Shown here one piece after another: positions 55,401 through 64,000 of a DNA stretch of 64,000 bases (positions are counted from its first letter, which is position 1; each line of letters opens with the position of its first letter). The stretch covers positions 27,843 to 91,842 of the forward strand of contig JAFQNC010000026.1 of assembly GCA_017396085.1 (NCBI GenBank), written 5' to 3'. The notes beneath the pieces were generated by a model. The model saw only the letters and a program-made list of their open reading frames with translations, had not been told where the DNA came from and did not search any database. A program made the translations under genes and the position numbers. Origin of the DNA: Tidjanibacter sp. (GTDB taxonomy: Bacteria; Bacteroidota; Bacteroidia; Bacteroidales; Rikenellaceae).

Positions 55401-55634
55401 GAGATGGTGGACAACTTCCAGTACTTGGAGCACCTCATCTACTCGCTCGCACTGCCCAATGGCCGTATGGAGCTGGTGAATGAGTTGGACAAGAGTTTGG
55501 AGATAGCCGAGTTGTTCTTCGGTATGACAAGGGATGAGAAAGGTCAGCCCCAGAGCACCATACCTCCCGTGAACGACCGCACCCGCAAGGAATTCCTCGA
55601 AGGCATTGAGGGGCACTTTCTAATTGAAAATTGA
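52485..55634 (+). CDS. DUF2723 membrane protein (TMEM260-like GT-C glycosyltransferase)
   Basis: WDCGEFI, HPPGAPLF, AVEAEVY, RERDY and GDNDTYP motifs; many TM helices. Confidence 0.88.
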   Translation: MKRYNTINNLLGWLTFAISAVVYILTTEPSASFWDCGEFIPTSYKLEVGHPPGAPLFMMIANFFSQLAFGNVEKVALMVNISSCLAAAATILFLFWSITHIVRRMLCRRDEEPQGGKLITIMGAGLVGALAYTFTDTFWFSAVEAEVYALSSLFTAVVFWAILKWENVADQKGNERWLVLIAYLMGLSIGVHILNLLTIPALVFVYYFRKTPKVTTWGIVKMTLISGAFILFVNSIVIPYTTQIGAWFDRVLNSVGVPVNVGFALYAVLLFVALGVAIWYTQTRGKKLANIIVTCLTVILIGYSSYASVIIRASANPPMNSNHPDNPYALLYLLNREQYEAQPILSGVSYAAPITDVKYRTKYYVNDEGKYVGEQTISGYEYPSKFKMLFPRMWSSKESHIEGYKSWGGVQGRKKIRYDGEVYEVPTFGENLRYFFGYQLNFMYWRYFLWNFVGRQSDNQSVGEITDGQWLSGIKPIDELMLGPQDNLPDTMKNNKGRNRYYFIPFILGLIGLLWQLGRNPRYFTVVMWLFVMMGVALVVYFNSPPGEPRERDYVYAGSFYAFCMWIGMGVVAVKEWLSKVWKKSDKAPAVVATVVCLSVPTILCAENWDDHDRSGRYVMRDMGYNYLSTALPNSIVINFGDNDTYPMWYNQEVEGIRPDVRIMNQSYLGGGWYIEQMKHKYNDSEPVPFSFPKEKYMYANEYIFVEDVVDYRVPIGQAMDIVRSEARGTKFNYGELAFDFLPQHKLALPVNKENAIAAGIVKPEDAHLMLDTLELDIKGNTLEKPEVMVLDLLAHFDWKRPIYFVQPTLMKNLGLQDYLQYDGFGYRLVPIKTPVESISTMGRIDTDYLYNNIMNVYRYGNIKDESVYIDNFSRYNINSTQIRGGFARLAEALVAEGRKEEAVKVLDRGAEEIPFSQVPHNYQTFPYIDAYYAAGDTAKGDALARDFARDITQKLYYFFTFPDRQQDYIADEMVDNFQYLEHLIYSLALPNGRMELVNELDKSLEIAELFFGMTRDEKGQPQSTIPPVNDRTRKEFLEGIEGHFLIEN

Positions 55635-55720
55635 AAATTGAAAATTGAGAATTTTCCTTAAACTCCTTAAGGACTTTAATGGCTTTTAGGGACTTTAGGG
55701 CCATTAGGGCAACTAGCAAA
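55622..55720. repeat. Heptamer (AATTGAA) array supplying the DUF2723 stop, followed by a 9-mer array
   Basis: Stop TGA 55632-55634 lies inside the second heptamer. Confidence 0.85.
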
Positions 55721-55799
55721 GATAGAAGGAATAGCGCGTGGAAGCCCCACTCCAAGCATAGGGGAAAATATTTACTATTTACTAATTACTATTTTGACT

Positions 55800-56939
55800 A
55801 TGCGCCGACTGACTCTTTCATTATTACTTACCATTGCAACGCTCACTTCCGCCACAGCCCAAGAGGTTGTGGGAAGGTTGCCACGTGGGTGGCAGCCACA
55901 GCAGGAGTACCCTCTGGCGTGGAGCGGAGAGGGCGATTTTGACGCTTGGCGCACCGAGGGGCGCAACAAGGTGGTGGAACTGATGGGCCTGCCGCCCAAG
56001 GCACCTCGCACAACCTCCTACACCACCCTCGCAACCGAAAGGCGCAATGGCTACACAGCCCACAAGATTGAGTTTGAGATTTCCGAGGGTAACCCCATCA
56101 AGGCCTATTTGCTTGTGCCCGACACCCCGGGACCACACCCCGCACTTGTGGCTATGCACGACCACGGAGCCAAATTCTCCATAGGCAAGGAGAAGGTCAT
56201 CAGGCCCATTGGCGAAACGCCCGAGGTGTGTGCCGAGGCCGAGGATTGGCTCGACAAGTGCTACGATGGAGTCTACACGGGCGACCTCTATGCCTCACAG
56301 GGCTATGTGGTGTTGGCAGTGGATGCGCTCCTGTGGGGCAACCGTGGCGAGGGGAGCGATGGTAGGCAGACCAAATACGACACCCAGCAGGCCCTCGCCT
56401 CCAACTGTCTGAAACTCGGCACCTCACTGGTGGGCATAATCACGTGGGACGACCTGCGCAGCATTGAGTGGCTCGCCGCACAAGAGTTTGTGGACCCCGA
56501 GCGCATTGGTGTCTATGGCCACTCTATGGGCGGACACAGGGCGTGGATGGCCGCAGCACTCTCCGACAAGGTGGCTGCCGTGGCCTCGGTGTGTTGGATG
56601 GCCACCTCACACGCACTCCTCGCACAAGGTAACAACGAACTCAAAGGGGGCTCGGCCTTCACGATGCAGGTACCGATGCTCTCACGATGGATGGACAACC
56701 CCGATGTGGCAGCCCTCGCTTGTCCAAAACACGCACTCTTCATCTCGGGTGCACAAGACAAACTCTTCCCCGCAGGGGTGGTGGAAGCCTACGAAAAGAT
56801 GGCCTCCGTGTGGGCCGGTCAGGGGACAAAAGATAGGTTTGAATGGATATTGTGGCCCTCGCCACACTACTTCGGCCACGATATGCAGGCCAAAGTGGGT
56901 GCCTTCTTCGATGTGGCACTCAAAGGTAAAGCCAAATAA
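55800..56939 (+). CDS. Secreted alpha/beta hydrolase (dienelactone hydrolase-like esterase)
   Basis: Signal peptide; HDHG, GHSMGG nucleophile elbow and C-terminal PHYF. Confidence 0.8.
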   Translation: MRRLTLSLLLTIATLTSATAQEVVGRLPRGWQPQQEYPLAWSGEGDFDAWRTEGRNKVVELMGLPPKAPRTTSYTTLATERRNGYTAHKIEFEISEGNPIKAYLLVPDTPGPHPALVAMHDHGAKFSIGKEKVIRPIGETPEVCAEAEDWLDKCYDGVYTGDLYASQGYVVLAVDALLWGNRGEGSDGRQTKYDTQQALASNCLKLGTSLVGIITWDDLRSIEWLAAQEFVDPERIGVYGHSMGGHRAWMAAALSDKVAAVASVCWMATSHALLAQGNNELKGGSAFTMQVPMLSRWMDNPDVAALACPKHALFISGAQDKLFPAGVVEAYEKMASVWAGQGTKDRFEWILWPSPHYFGHDMQAKVGAFFDVALKGKAK

Positions 56940-56940
56940 G

Positions 56941-56982
56941 GCTAACGGCCAGTGGCTAACGGCTAATGGCTAACAGCCAACA
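56941..56982. repeat. Heptamer array (GCTAACG-like) at the junction of two convergent genes
   Basis: Six imperfect units; they supply the last codons and stop of the HAD gene. Confidence 0.75.
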
Positions 56983-57613
56983 GTTCCGTAAAATCATTGA
57001 CAATGAGGTCGGGGGATGTCTTGGCGGCAAGTTCCTCGGCGGTGTGGGTGGAGGCAATGGCAACAACCTTCATACCCGCAGCCCTCGCCGCAGCAACCCC
57101 CGCAACAGCGTCTTCAAACACCACACACTCCTCGGGTGCAAGGCCCAAGCGGGCAGCCGCAGTGAGGAAAATCTCGGGGTCGGGCTTGCAGCGGGTAACC
57201 ATATCCCCACTGATGCGCACGCTGAAAAACTCCTCAATACCACACCTCTCCAACACAAATTCGACATTCTCACGAGGGCCCGAAGAGCCCACAGCACACG
57301 CCACGCCCTCCGCACGCAGACGTTGCAAAAACTCCACAAGGCCCGGGGTGGGTTTAATGGTGGGAGCATAAATCTCACGATAGACAGCCTCCTTCTCGGT
57401 CGCAAGGCCCTCAACGCCCTTCTGCTCCACAAGCCACGCAGGAAACAAGGCCCTGATGATGTCCTCATTGCCACGCCCATTGAGGTGGCTGAAATCCTGC
57501 CCCGGCTCGGCCTGAAGGTTGTAGCGTGCGCCCATCTCCGCAAAGGCGAGGAAGTGAACCTTCATATTGTTCACCAAGACGCCATCCATATCGAATATTG
57601 CTCCTTTTATCAT
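56963..57613 (-). CDS. HAD-family phosphatase (beta-phosphoglucomutase-like)
   Basis: ATG 57613; IFDMDGVLV, VGSSG, CKPDPEIF and VFEDAVAG motifs. Confidence 0.9.
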   Translation of the reverse strand: MIKGAIFDMDGVLVNNMKVHFLAFAEMGARYNLQAEPGQDFSHLNGRGNEDIIRALFPAWLVEQKGVEGLATEKEAVYREIYAPTIKPTPGLVEFLQRLRAEGVACAVGSSGPRENVEFVLERCGIEEFFSVRISGDMVTRCKPDPEIFLTAAARLGLAPEECVVFEDAVAGVAAARAAGMKVVAIASTHTAEELAAKTSPDLIVNDFTELLAVSH

Positions 57614-57635
57614 AGTCGGTTTGTTAAATTTCAAG

Positions 57636-57652
57636 CAAAAGTATTATCTTTG
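57636..57652. promoter_or_regulatory. Adjacent divergent -7 elements for HAD (minus) and rex (plus)
   Basis: CAAAAGTA 57636-57643 and TATCTTTG 57645-57652. Confidence 0.7.
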
Positions 57653-57684
57653 CCTAAAATAACAAAACCCAAAAGGAGAAAAAG

Positions 57685-58323
57685 ATGTCAGAGTTGCAGT
57701 CATTACCCGAGAAAACGGTCGAAAGGTTGAGCGAGTACAGGCGTACCCTATTGCGTTGTCAGAAGCAGGGTATCACCCACATATTCTCACACGTTCTCGC
57801 TGGCATACACGGACTTACAGCCGTACAAGTGCGCCGTGATTTGATGCTCATAGGCTTCTCCAGCGACACCAAAAAAGGCTACGATGTGAGCGTGTTGGCA
57901 AACTTCATCAGCGACATTCTCGACTCCGAAGCACCGATGAACATAGGCGTTATCGGTATGGGCCACCTCGGTCAGGCCATCACCAAGTATTTCAACGGCA
58001 AGGGGCTCAAACTCAAAATCGTTGCCTCCTTTGACGTGGACAACCAAAAGGTCGGCTCCGTCATTGACGACATCCCCTGCTACTCTATGGAGGAGTTTAC
58101 CGATAGGGTGGAAGAACTCGACATCAACATTGTAATTCTCTCCTGTCCCTCCAGTAAAGCCGAGCAAACCGTGTTGCCCATTGTGAATGCGGGCATCAAG
58201 GGCGTGCTCAACTTCACCTCCAAGCCGCTCAATTTCCCCCTCGGAATTGTGGTGGAAAACTACGATATTACCACCCTACTCGAAAAGGTGGCATATTTCG
58301 TGAAGGAACAGGAGGAGAGTTGA
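57685..58323 (+). CDS. rex: Redox-sensing transcriptional repressor Rex
   Basis: RLSEYRR, QVRRDL, GYDV, IGMGHLG (NAD-binding), FDVD and GVLNF motifs. Confidence 0.92.
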   Translation: MSELQSLPEKTVERLSEYRRTLLRCQKQGITHIFSHVLAGIHGLTAVQVRRDLMLIGFSSDTKKGYDVSVLANFISDILDSEAPMNIGVIGMGHLGQAITKYFNGKGLKLKIVASFDVDNQKVGSVIDDIPCYSMEEFTDRVEELDINIVILSCPSSKAEQTVLPIVNAGIKGVLNFTSKPLNFPLGIVVENYDITTLLEKVAYFVKEQEES

Positions 58324-58324
58324 C

Positions 58325-58418
58325 AATTGAAAATTGAAAATTGAAAATTTCCCTCTCCTAAGTTAGGAGAGAGTGAATTAAGGGCAGGAAAGAAACTGAC
58401 AACTGACAACTGACAACC
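58325..58418. repeat. Heptamer arrays flanking a B-like hairpin
   Basis: (AATTGAA)x3, CCCTCTCC-TAAGTTA-GGAGAGAG, (ACTGACA)x3. Confidence 0.8.
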
Positions 58419-58440
58419 GAAAGGTTGCGAGTGAGAAGAT

Positions 58441-59223
58441 ATGCGCATACACTATAGTTTTGACGACAACGTAGACGAGATTGTGAGGCCGGTGGTAACC
58501 ATCGGCTCCTTTGACGGTGTACACTCCGGACACCTTGTGATGCTACGCAAGGTAGACGAGGTGGCACGCAAGGTGGGTGGCAGTCGCGTGGTCGTTACCT
58601 TCTCGCCGCACCCTCGCGAGGTGTTGCCCGGTGGAGGTAACATTGAACTTCTCACTACCCCACCCGAAAAAATAGCACTCCTTGAGGAGGCCGGTGTGGA
58701 CCACCTCATTGTGGCCCGTTTCTCGCCCAACTTTGCCGCACGCACGGCAGAGGAGTTCGTGAGGGATTTCCTCGTGGGCAGACTCCACCTGCACACACTC
58801 GTTGTGGGCTACAACCACCGCTTCGGCAGCGATGGCAGGCAAACCCCCAGCGACCACTTCGAGAGGCTCGGCAAACTCTATGGTTTTGACGTGGTTAGGT
58901 GCTCGGCACTAACCAGCCACGGAGCCAAAATCAGTTCTACCGTAATCCGTGGTCTGCTCGCCGAAGGGCACCTCGATGATGCTGCCGATATGCTCGGACA
59001 CCGCTACTTTGTTACCTCCACCGTGGAGCGTGGCTGCTTGGCACACCTGATGACCAACAAAATGATGCCCCCCGTGGGTAGGTACTTGGTCGATGTGGCC
59101 GGCGAAAGGGATGTGTTGGAGATTGACGAGGAGTGTGGCATAAGGCTCGAAAGTGGGCGCACCATTCGTGAGGAGGTGCGCATAACCTTCCTTGAAGCAC
59201 TCCCCGATGAGGCGGAAATATGA
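58441..59223 (+). CDS. ribF: RibF-like FMN adenylyltransferase with degenerate riboflavin-kinase domain
   Basis: GSFDGVHSGH, TFSPHP, VGYNHRFG and KISSTVIR present; kinase PTAN motif absent; only 260 aa. Confidence 0.8.
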   Translation: MRIHYSFDDNVDEIVRPVVTIGSFDGVHSGHLVMLRKVDEVARKVGGSRVVVTFSPHPREVLPGGGNIELLTTPPEKIALLEEAGVDHLIVARFSPNFAARTAEEFVRDFLVGRLHLHTLVVGYNHRFGSDGRQTPSDHFERLGKLYGFDVVRCSALTSHGAKISSTVIRGLLAEGHLDDAADMLGHRYFVTSTVERGCLAHLMTNKMMPPVGRYLVDVAGERDVLEIDEECGIRLESGRTIREEVRITFLEALPDEAEI

Positions 59224-59259
59224 CACAGAAAACACCCCAAAGAACCCCAAATACCGATT

Positions 59260-59664
59260 ATGTTCTACGAAGATGAAGTAACGCTCCGAGTACGCTACAA
59301 GGAGACCGACCAGATGGGCTTTGTGCACCACTCCAACTACCCCGTCTACTATGAGTATGCCCGCACGGAGATACTCCGCCGCAAGGGTGCCACCTACAAG
59401 ATGATGGAAGAGATGGGTGTGATGATGCCTGTGAGGGAGATTGGAATGAAGTTCCTCACTCCTGCTCGCTATGACGACCTTCTGACCATCAAGTGTGTGA
59501 TGAACGAAATCAAGGGTGCAAGGCTCCGCTTCGACCACGAAATTCGCAACGAAGCGGGCGACCTTGTGAACACGGGCTTTGTGGAGTTGGTCTTTGTGAA
59601 CACCACCACACATAGGCCCTGCCACGCCCCTCAGTGGTTTGTGGACCTCTTCAAAGCGGAGTAG
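59260..59664 (+). CDS. Acyl-CoA thioesterase, YbgC/FadM family
   Basis: RVRYKETDQMGFVHHSNY and PARYDD motifs. Confidence 0.92.
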   Translation: MFYEDEVTLRVRYKETDQMGFVHHSNYPVYYEYARTEILRRKGATYKMMEEMGVMMPVREIGMKFLTPARYDDLLTIKCVMNEIKGARLRFDHEIRNEAGDLVNTGFVELVFVNTTTHRPCHAPQWFVDLFKAE

Positions 59665-59699
59665 ACAAGCGACTGCTGACAACCGCCAATCTACCCAGA

Positions 59700-59895
59700 C
59701 AACTGACAATAGGAATGATAGGAGGAATACCACCCTGCTATCGTTCCTATTATTCTTATCTCTCCTATCTTTCCTAACGGCCTTAAGGGCCTTAGGGTCC
59801 TTAAAGCCCTTAAGGGACTCAATCGGCCCAGTTGGCCCAGTCGGCAACAGACGCCCCCGCCACTCCGTGGCACCCCCTCTAACTCAGAGGGGGAC
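59700..59895. repeat. Composite repeat: 9-mer array plus inverted module B (59848-59895)
   Basis: Module B differs from 20075-20122 at one base. Confidence 0.85.
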
Positions 59896-59935
59896 CTACT
59901 TCGTGCCAGATGGGTATCTCTTTGGGGGCTCAAAA

Positions 59936-59977
59936 AAAAGTCCTTCCCTTCGGCAGGTGCCGAGGGGAAGGACTTTT
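59936..59977. terminator. Bidirectional terminator
   Basis: AAAAGTCCTTCCCTTCGGCA-GGT-GCCGAGGGGAAGGACTTTT. Confidence 0.85.
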
Positions 59978-60012
59978 GCTCTATATGCTCTTTCCAGCGC
60001 GTGTGGCGTGGA

Positions 60013-61323
60013 TTAGCTGTTTTTGATGTAGGTGTAGTGGGCACCATAGCGCTCGTAGGCTGCCCTCTCCAACTCCTCGCGGTGGTCGGGGTGAGCAATC
60101 TCGATGAGGGCCTTGGCACGCTCCTGCAACGACTTACCATAGAGGTCGGCAGCACCATACTCGGTAACCACCCAGTGTACGTGATTACGAGTGGTAACAA
60201 CACCTGCACCCAAGGTCAAAGTGTTGGCAATCTTGCTGATACCCTTGTTGGTAACCGAAGGCATTGCGATGATGGCCTTACCGCCCTTCGAGAGCGAAGA
60301 GCCATAGATGAAGTCTACCTGACCACCCACGCCCGAGTAGAACTTGGTACCGAGCGAGTCGGCGCACACCTGACCGGTGAGGTCAATTTGGAGTGCCGAG
60401 TTGATGGCGCAGAACTTGGGGTTCTGGGCGATGATGAAGGGGTCGTTGGTGTAGGCAACATCTTTCATCAGCACACCGGGGTTGTTGTCGATGAAGTCGT
60501 AGACCTCCTTTGAGCCCATCAGGAAGGTCGAAACAATCTTACCCTTGTCGGTAACCTTGTTCCTACCGTTTACCACACCCTTCTCAACCAGTGGCAACAC
60601 GCCATCGGCGAACATCTCGGTGTGGATACCGAGGTCTTTGTGGCCACCCAACTGCGAGAGCACAGCATTGGGAATTGCACCGATACCCATCTGCAAGCAG
60701 GCACCGTCCTCAATGAGGGCTGCACAGTGGCGACCGATGGCTGCATCCACCTCGGTAATCTCGGCAATGTGTCCCTCCATCAGAGGCTGGTCGTCTTCCA
60801 CGAAGTAGTCAATCTGCGAGATGTGGATGAAGGCATCGCCAAACGCACGGGGCACATATTTGTTTACCACGGCCAACACATAGTCGGCGCACTCAATGGC
60901 TGCGAGGGTAGCGTCTACCGAGGTACCCAGCGACACATAGCCGTGGGCATCCACAGGCGATACCTGAATCATAGCCACATTGCAAGGCAGCACGCCTGCG
61001 CGGTAGAGTTTCTGTGTCTCGGAGAGGAAAATCGGAATATAGTCGGCATAGCCGCTTTGGGTTACCTTACGCACGTTGCCACCCACAAAGAAAGAGTCGA
61101 GTTGGAATACGCCCTCAAACTTGGGGTCTGCATAGGGAGCGGGGCCCTCGGTGTGGAGGTGGTGGATGTGTACATCTTTAAGTTCGCCGGCCTCACCCCT
61201 GCGGCACATAGCCTGAATAAGGCACTGGGGGGCACTTGCCACCGAGCTCAAATGAACGTGGTCGCCCGATTTGATAACCTTCACGGCCTCGTCTGCGGTG
61301 GTAAAAGTAATTTTGTTGTTCAT
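60013..61323 (-). CDS. Acetyl-CoA hydrolase/CoA-transferase family protein (4-hydroxybutyrate CoA-transferase-like)
   Basis: ATG 61323; LQMGIGAIP, HTEMF, INSALQIDLTGQV, GVGGQVDF and VTEYG motifs. Confidence 0.9.
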   Translation of the reverse strand: MNNKITFTTADEAVKVIKSGDHVHLSSVASAPQCLIQAMCRRGEAGELKDVHIHHLHTEGPAPYADPKFEGVFQLDSFFVGGNVRKVTQSGYADYIPIFLSETQKLYRAGVLPCNVAMIQVSPVDAHGYVSLGTSVDATLAAIECADYVLAVVNKYVPRAFGDAFIHISQIDYFVEDDQPLMEGHIAEITEVDAAIGRHCAALIEDGACLQMGIGAIPNAVLSQLGGHKDLGIHTEMFADGVLPLVEKGVVNGRNKVTDKGKIVSTFLMGSKEVYDFIDNNPGVLMKDVAYTNDPFIIAQNPKFCAINSALQIDLTGQVCADSLGTKFYSGVGGQVDFIYGSSLSKGGKAIIAMPSVTNKGISKIANTLTLGAGVVTTRNHVHWVVTEYGAADLYGKSLQERAKALIEIAHPDHREELERAAYERYGAHYTYIKNS

Positions 61324-61376
61324 CACTGTGGTGTTTTTATGATTGGTTTCTTTTTATGATGTTCTGAATTTCCCGC

Positions 61377-61434
61377 CAAAGGTAACTATTTTTTTGTGAA
61401 ATGGTTGCCACACCATTATAAATTATTACCTTTG
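61377..61434. promoter_or_regulatory. Divergent promoters for CoA-transferase and korA, with a possible Rex half-site
   Basis: CAAAGGTA 61377-61384, TACCTTTG 61427-61434, TTGTGAAATGGTTGCCAC 61394-61411. Confidence 0.6.
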
Positions 61435-61487
61435 CTCGCAATTAGACACCTAAACTTTAACACAAAAAATCAAAACTCGAAACCACT

Positions 61488-63332
61488 ATGAATGTAAAAG
61501 AGTTGAAAGATGTTGTCATCCGTTTCTCCGGCGACTCCGGTGATGGTATGCAGCTCACAGGCACTTTGTTTTCGGACACCGCCGCTCTTTTTGGTAACGG
61601 TATTTCCACATTTCCCGACTATCCGGCCGAAATTCGCGCCCCGCAGGGCACCGTGGCAGGCGTGTCGGGCTTCCAAGTACACTTCGGCAGCAGCCGTATG
61701 CTCACCCCGGGCGACTACTGCGATGCGCTCATCGCAATGAACCCCGCCGCACTGAAAGCCAACGTTATGTGGCTCAAGAAGGATGCAACAATCATCCTTG
61801 ATGGCGACTCGCTCGATGAGAAGAGCATTGCGAGGGCCGGCTTTAAGACCAACGACCCGCTGGAAGAACTCGGCATAAAGGAGTACAACATCCTCACCCC
61901 CGACATCACCTCGATGACCAAAGAGGTGCTCAAAGATTCGGGGCTTGACAATAAGGCCATCGTGAAGTGCAAAAATATGTTTGCACTCGGCATTTGCCTC
62001 TTCCTCTACGACAAACCACTTGACCACGCCACCGCCTACATCCGCACCAAGTTCGGCAAGAAAAACCCTGCCGTTGCAGAGGCCAACGTGGCTGTGCTCA
62101 ATGCCGGTTGGAACTATGCCCACAACACCCACTCCTTCGCCAACACCTACACCGTGCAACCGGCCGAGTTGGAGAAGGGTCGCTATCGCAGCATCAGTGG
62201 TAATGTGGCCACAGCGTGGGGTTTTATGGCAGCCAGCGAAAAGAGTGGTCGCCCGCTCTTCTGTGGCTCCTACCCCATCACTCCCGCCACGGTGATTTTG
62301 GAGGAACTCGCCAAACACAAAGAGTTGGGCGTGAAGACCGTGCAGGCCGAGGATGAGATTGCAGGTATCTGCACCTCCATTGGTGCGGCCTTTGGTGGTG
62401 CTTTTGCCGTAACAACCACGAGCGGCCCCGGACTTTCGCTCAAAAGTGAGGCTATGGGCTTGGCAGTGATTGCCGAGTTGCCACTGGTGGTGGTAGATGT
62501 ACAGAGGGGTGGCCCCTCCACGGGTCTGCCCACCAAGACCGAGCAGAGCGACCTGATGCAGGCCCTTTGGGGACGTAATGGCGAGTGCCCGATGGTGGTG
62601 TTGGCAGCAAGTTCGCCCAGCGACTGCTTCGACTTTGCCTTCACCGCAGGTAAGATTGCAATGGAGCATATGACCCCTGTGGTGTTGCTCACCGATGGTT
62701 TCATCGCCAACGGCTCGCAGCCTTGGAAGATTCCTTCAATGAAGGACTATCCCGAAATTCACCCGCCCATCATCACCGAGTTGCCCGAAGATGAGCCCGT
62801 ATATATGCCCTACAAGCGCGATGAAAAACTCGCTCGCCGTTGGGCACTGCCCGGCACCGAGGGCCTTGAGCACCGCATCGGTGGCTTGGAGAAGGATGCC
62901 CTCAAAGGTAGCGTGTCGCACGACCCCAAGAACCACCAGTTGATGGTCCACACAAGGGCCGCAAAGGTGGCAAAGGTGGTGGACTACATCCCCGAGCAGA
63001 AGGTTATGGGCCCCGAGGAGGGCGAGTTGCTCGTGGTTGGCTGGGGTGGTACCAAGGGCCACTTGCAGGCCACCGTGGAGAAGATGCAGGCCGAGGGTAA
63101 GAGCGTTGCTCTGTGCCACTTCAACTACATCAACCCCCTGCCCAAAGGTGTGGAGGAGATTTTCGCAAGGTACAAGAAAATCGTTGTGTGCGAACTCAAC
63201 GAGGGCCAGTTTGCGAACTACCTCCGTATGAACTTCCAGCAGTTCCACTACGAGCAGTACAACAAGTGTCAGGGACTTCCCTTCACCACCGTGGAGTTGG
63301 AGGCCAAGTTTAACGAATTATTGGAGAAATAG
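61488..63332 (+). CDS. korA: 2-oxoacid:ferredoxin oxidoreductase alpha subunit
   Basis: SGDSGDGMQL, YPAEIRAP, SYPITPA, QAEDEIAG, TSGPG and QRGGPSTGLPT motifs. Confidence 0.93.
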   Translation: MNVKELKDVVIRFSGDSGDGMQLTGTLFSDTAALFGNGISTFPDYPAEIRAPQGTVAGVSGFQVHFGSSRMLTPGDYCDALIAMNPAALKANVMWLKKDATIILDGDSLDEKSIARAGFKTNDPLEELGIKEYNILTPDITSMTKEVLKDSGLDNKAIVKCKNMFALGICLFLYDKPLDHATAYIRTKFGKKNPAVAEANVAVLNAGWNYAHNTHSFANTYTVQPAELEKGRYRSISGNVATAWGFMAASEKSGRPLFCGSYPITPATVILEELAKHKELGVKTVQAEDEIAGICTSIGAAFGGAFAVTTTSGPGLSLKSEAMGLAVIAELPLVVVDVQRGGPSTGLPTKTEQSDLMQALWGRNGECPMVVLAASSPSDCFDFAFTAGKIAMEHMTPVVLLTDGFIANGSQPWKIPSMKDYPEIHPPIITELPEDEPVYMPYKRDEKLARRWALPGTEGLEHRIGGLEKDALKGSVSHDPKNHQLMVHTRAAKVAKVVDYIPEQKVMGPEEGELLVVGWGGTKGHLQATVEKMQAEGKSVALCHFNYINPLPKGVEEIFARYKKIVVCELNEGQFANYLRMNFQQFHYEQYNKCQGLPFTTVELEAKFNELLEK

Positions 63333-63346
63333 GAGGATAGAAGGCT

Positions 63347-64000
63347 ATGAAATACACACAAGCAGATTTTAAGAGCGACCAAGAGGTCAAATGGTGCCCC
63401 GGTTGTGGCGACCACTTCATCCTTAACGCTGTGCAGAGGGCTATGCCCGATGTGGCAGAGATTGCAGGCCGCAAACGCTCGGAGTTTGTGGTGGTGTCGG
63501 GCATTGGTTGCTCGTCCCGCTTCCCCTACTATATGAAAACCTACGGCTTCCACTCCATCCACGGACGTGCCAACGCCATTGCTACCGGCTTGAAGGTGGC
63601 CAACCCGGGTGTGAGTGTCTTTGTGGCCACAGGCGATGGCGACTCGCTTGCCATTGGTGGCAACCACTTCATCCACGCCATCCGTAGGAATATCGACCTC
63701 AACGTGGTGCTGTTCAACAACGAGATTTATGGCCTCACCAAGGGCCAATACTCGCCCACCTCAAAGTTGGGTAAGATTACCAAGACCTCGCCCTATGGCA
63801 CGATTGAAAAACCCTTCAACCCGGGCGAACTCATCATTGGCGCAAAGGGCACCTTCTTTGCCCGCTCCATTGACGTGGAGGTGGACATCACCCGCCAGTG
63901 CCTTGTGAGGGCAGCCCAACACGATGGTTTTTCGATTACGGAGGTGCTCCAGAACTGCGTAATTTTCAACGATGGAGCCCACGCTGCATTTGCCAAGGAC
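63347..64000 (+). CDS. korB: 2-oxoacid:ferredoxin oxidoreductase beta subunit (3' end outside window)
   Basis: Translated by eye from ATG 63347: [37 protein letters not shown] and [12 protein letters not shown]. Confidence 0.93.
   Translation, partial: MKYTQADFKSDQEVKWCPGCGDHFILNAVQRAMPDVAEIAGRKRSEFVVVSGIGCSSRFPYYMKTYGFHSIHGRANAIATGLKVANPGVSVFVATGDGDSLAIGGNHFIHAIRRNIDLNVVLFNNEIYGLTKGQYSPTSKLGKITKTSPYGTIEKPFNPGELIIGAKGTFFARSIDVEVDITRQCLVRAAQHDGFSITEVLQNCVIFNDGAHAAFAKD

Noticed and set aside
57621-57638. Rex autoregulatory box TTGTTAAATTTCAAGCAA
   Set aside because: The right half-site is too degenerate, and the AT-rich promoter context can explain the match.

Overview
Bacteroidales chromosomal DNA, probably a Rikenellaceae/Alistipes-like gut anaerobe (inferred from gene content and TAnnTTTG promoters). 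It has four parts. (1) 1-29.6 kb: a pectin/homogalacturonan PUL (GH28 fragment, PL1, CE12-CE8, HTCS, GH105-PL1, SusC/D, surface lipoprotein) joined to uxaC-uxaB-HIT-uxaA, a second CE8, GH43 and CE1; a shared candidate HTCS site precedes susC and uxaC. (2) 32.1-50.5 kb: an ECF-sigma/FecR PUL bracketed by a perfect 42-bp direct repeat, encoding SusC (frameshifted)/SusD, two EEP phosphoesterases, a catalytically dead EEP-like lipoprotein, an unknown lipoprotein, two GH89 alpha-N-acetylglucosaminidases, glycerate kinase and a GntP-family permease. This set matches the components of Clostridioides difficile-type (type V) lipoteichoic acid (alpha-GlcNAc, alpha-GlcNAc, glyceric acid, phosphodiester), so it is a candidate LTA-degradation locus. 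This is the main hypothesis and is untested. (3) 50.9-64 kb: housekeeping genes (cysS, DUF2723, hydrolases, rex, kinase-degenerate RibF, thioesterase, CoA-transferase, 2-oxoacid:ferredoxin oxidoreductase). (4) Many intergenic gaps hold modular composite repeats (7-mer and 9-mer arrays plus REP-like hairpins). No rRNA, tRNA, CRISPR, integrase or transposase was seen. Motif alignments and GC spot counts were done by eye.
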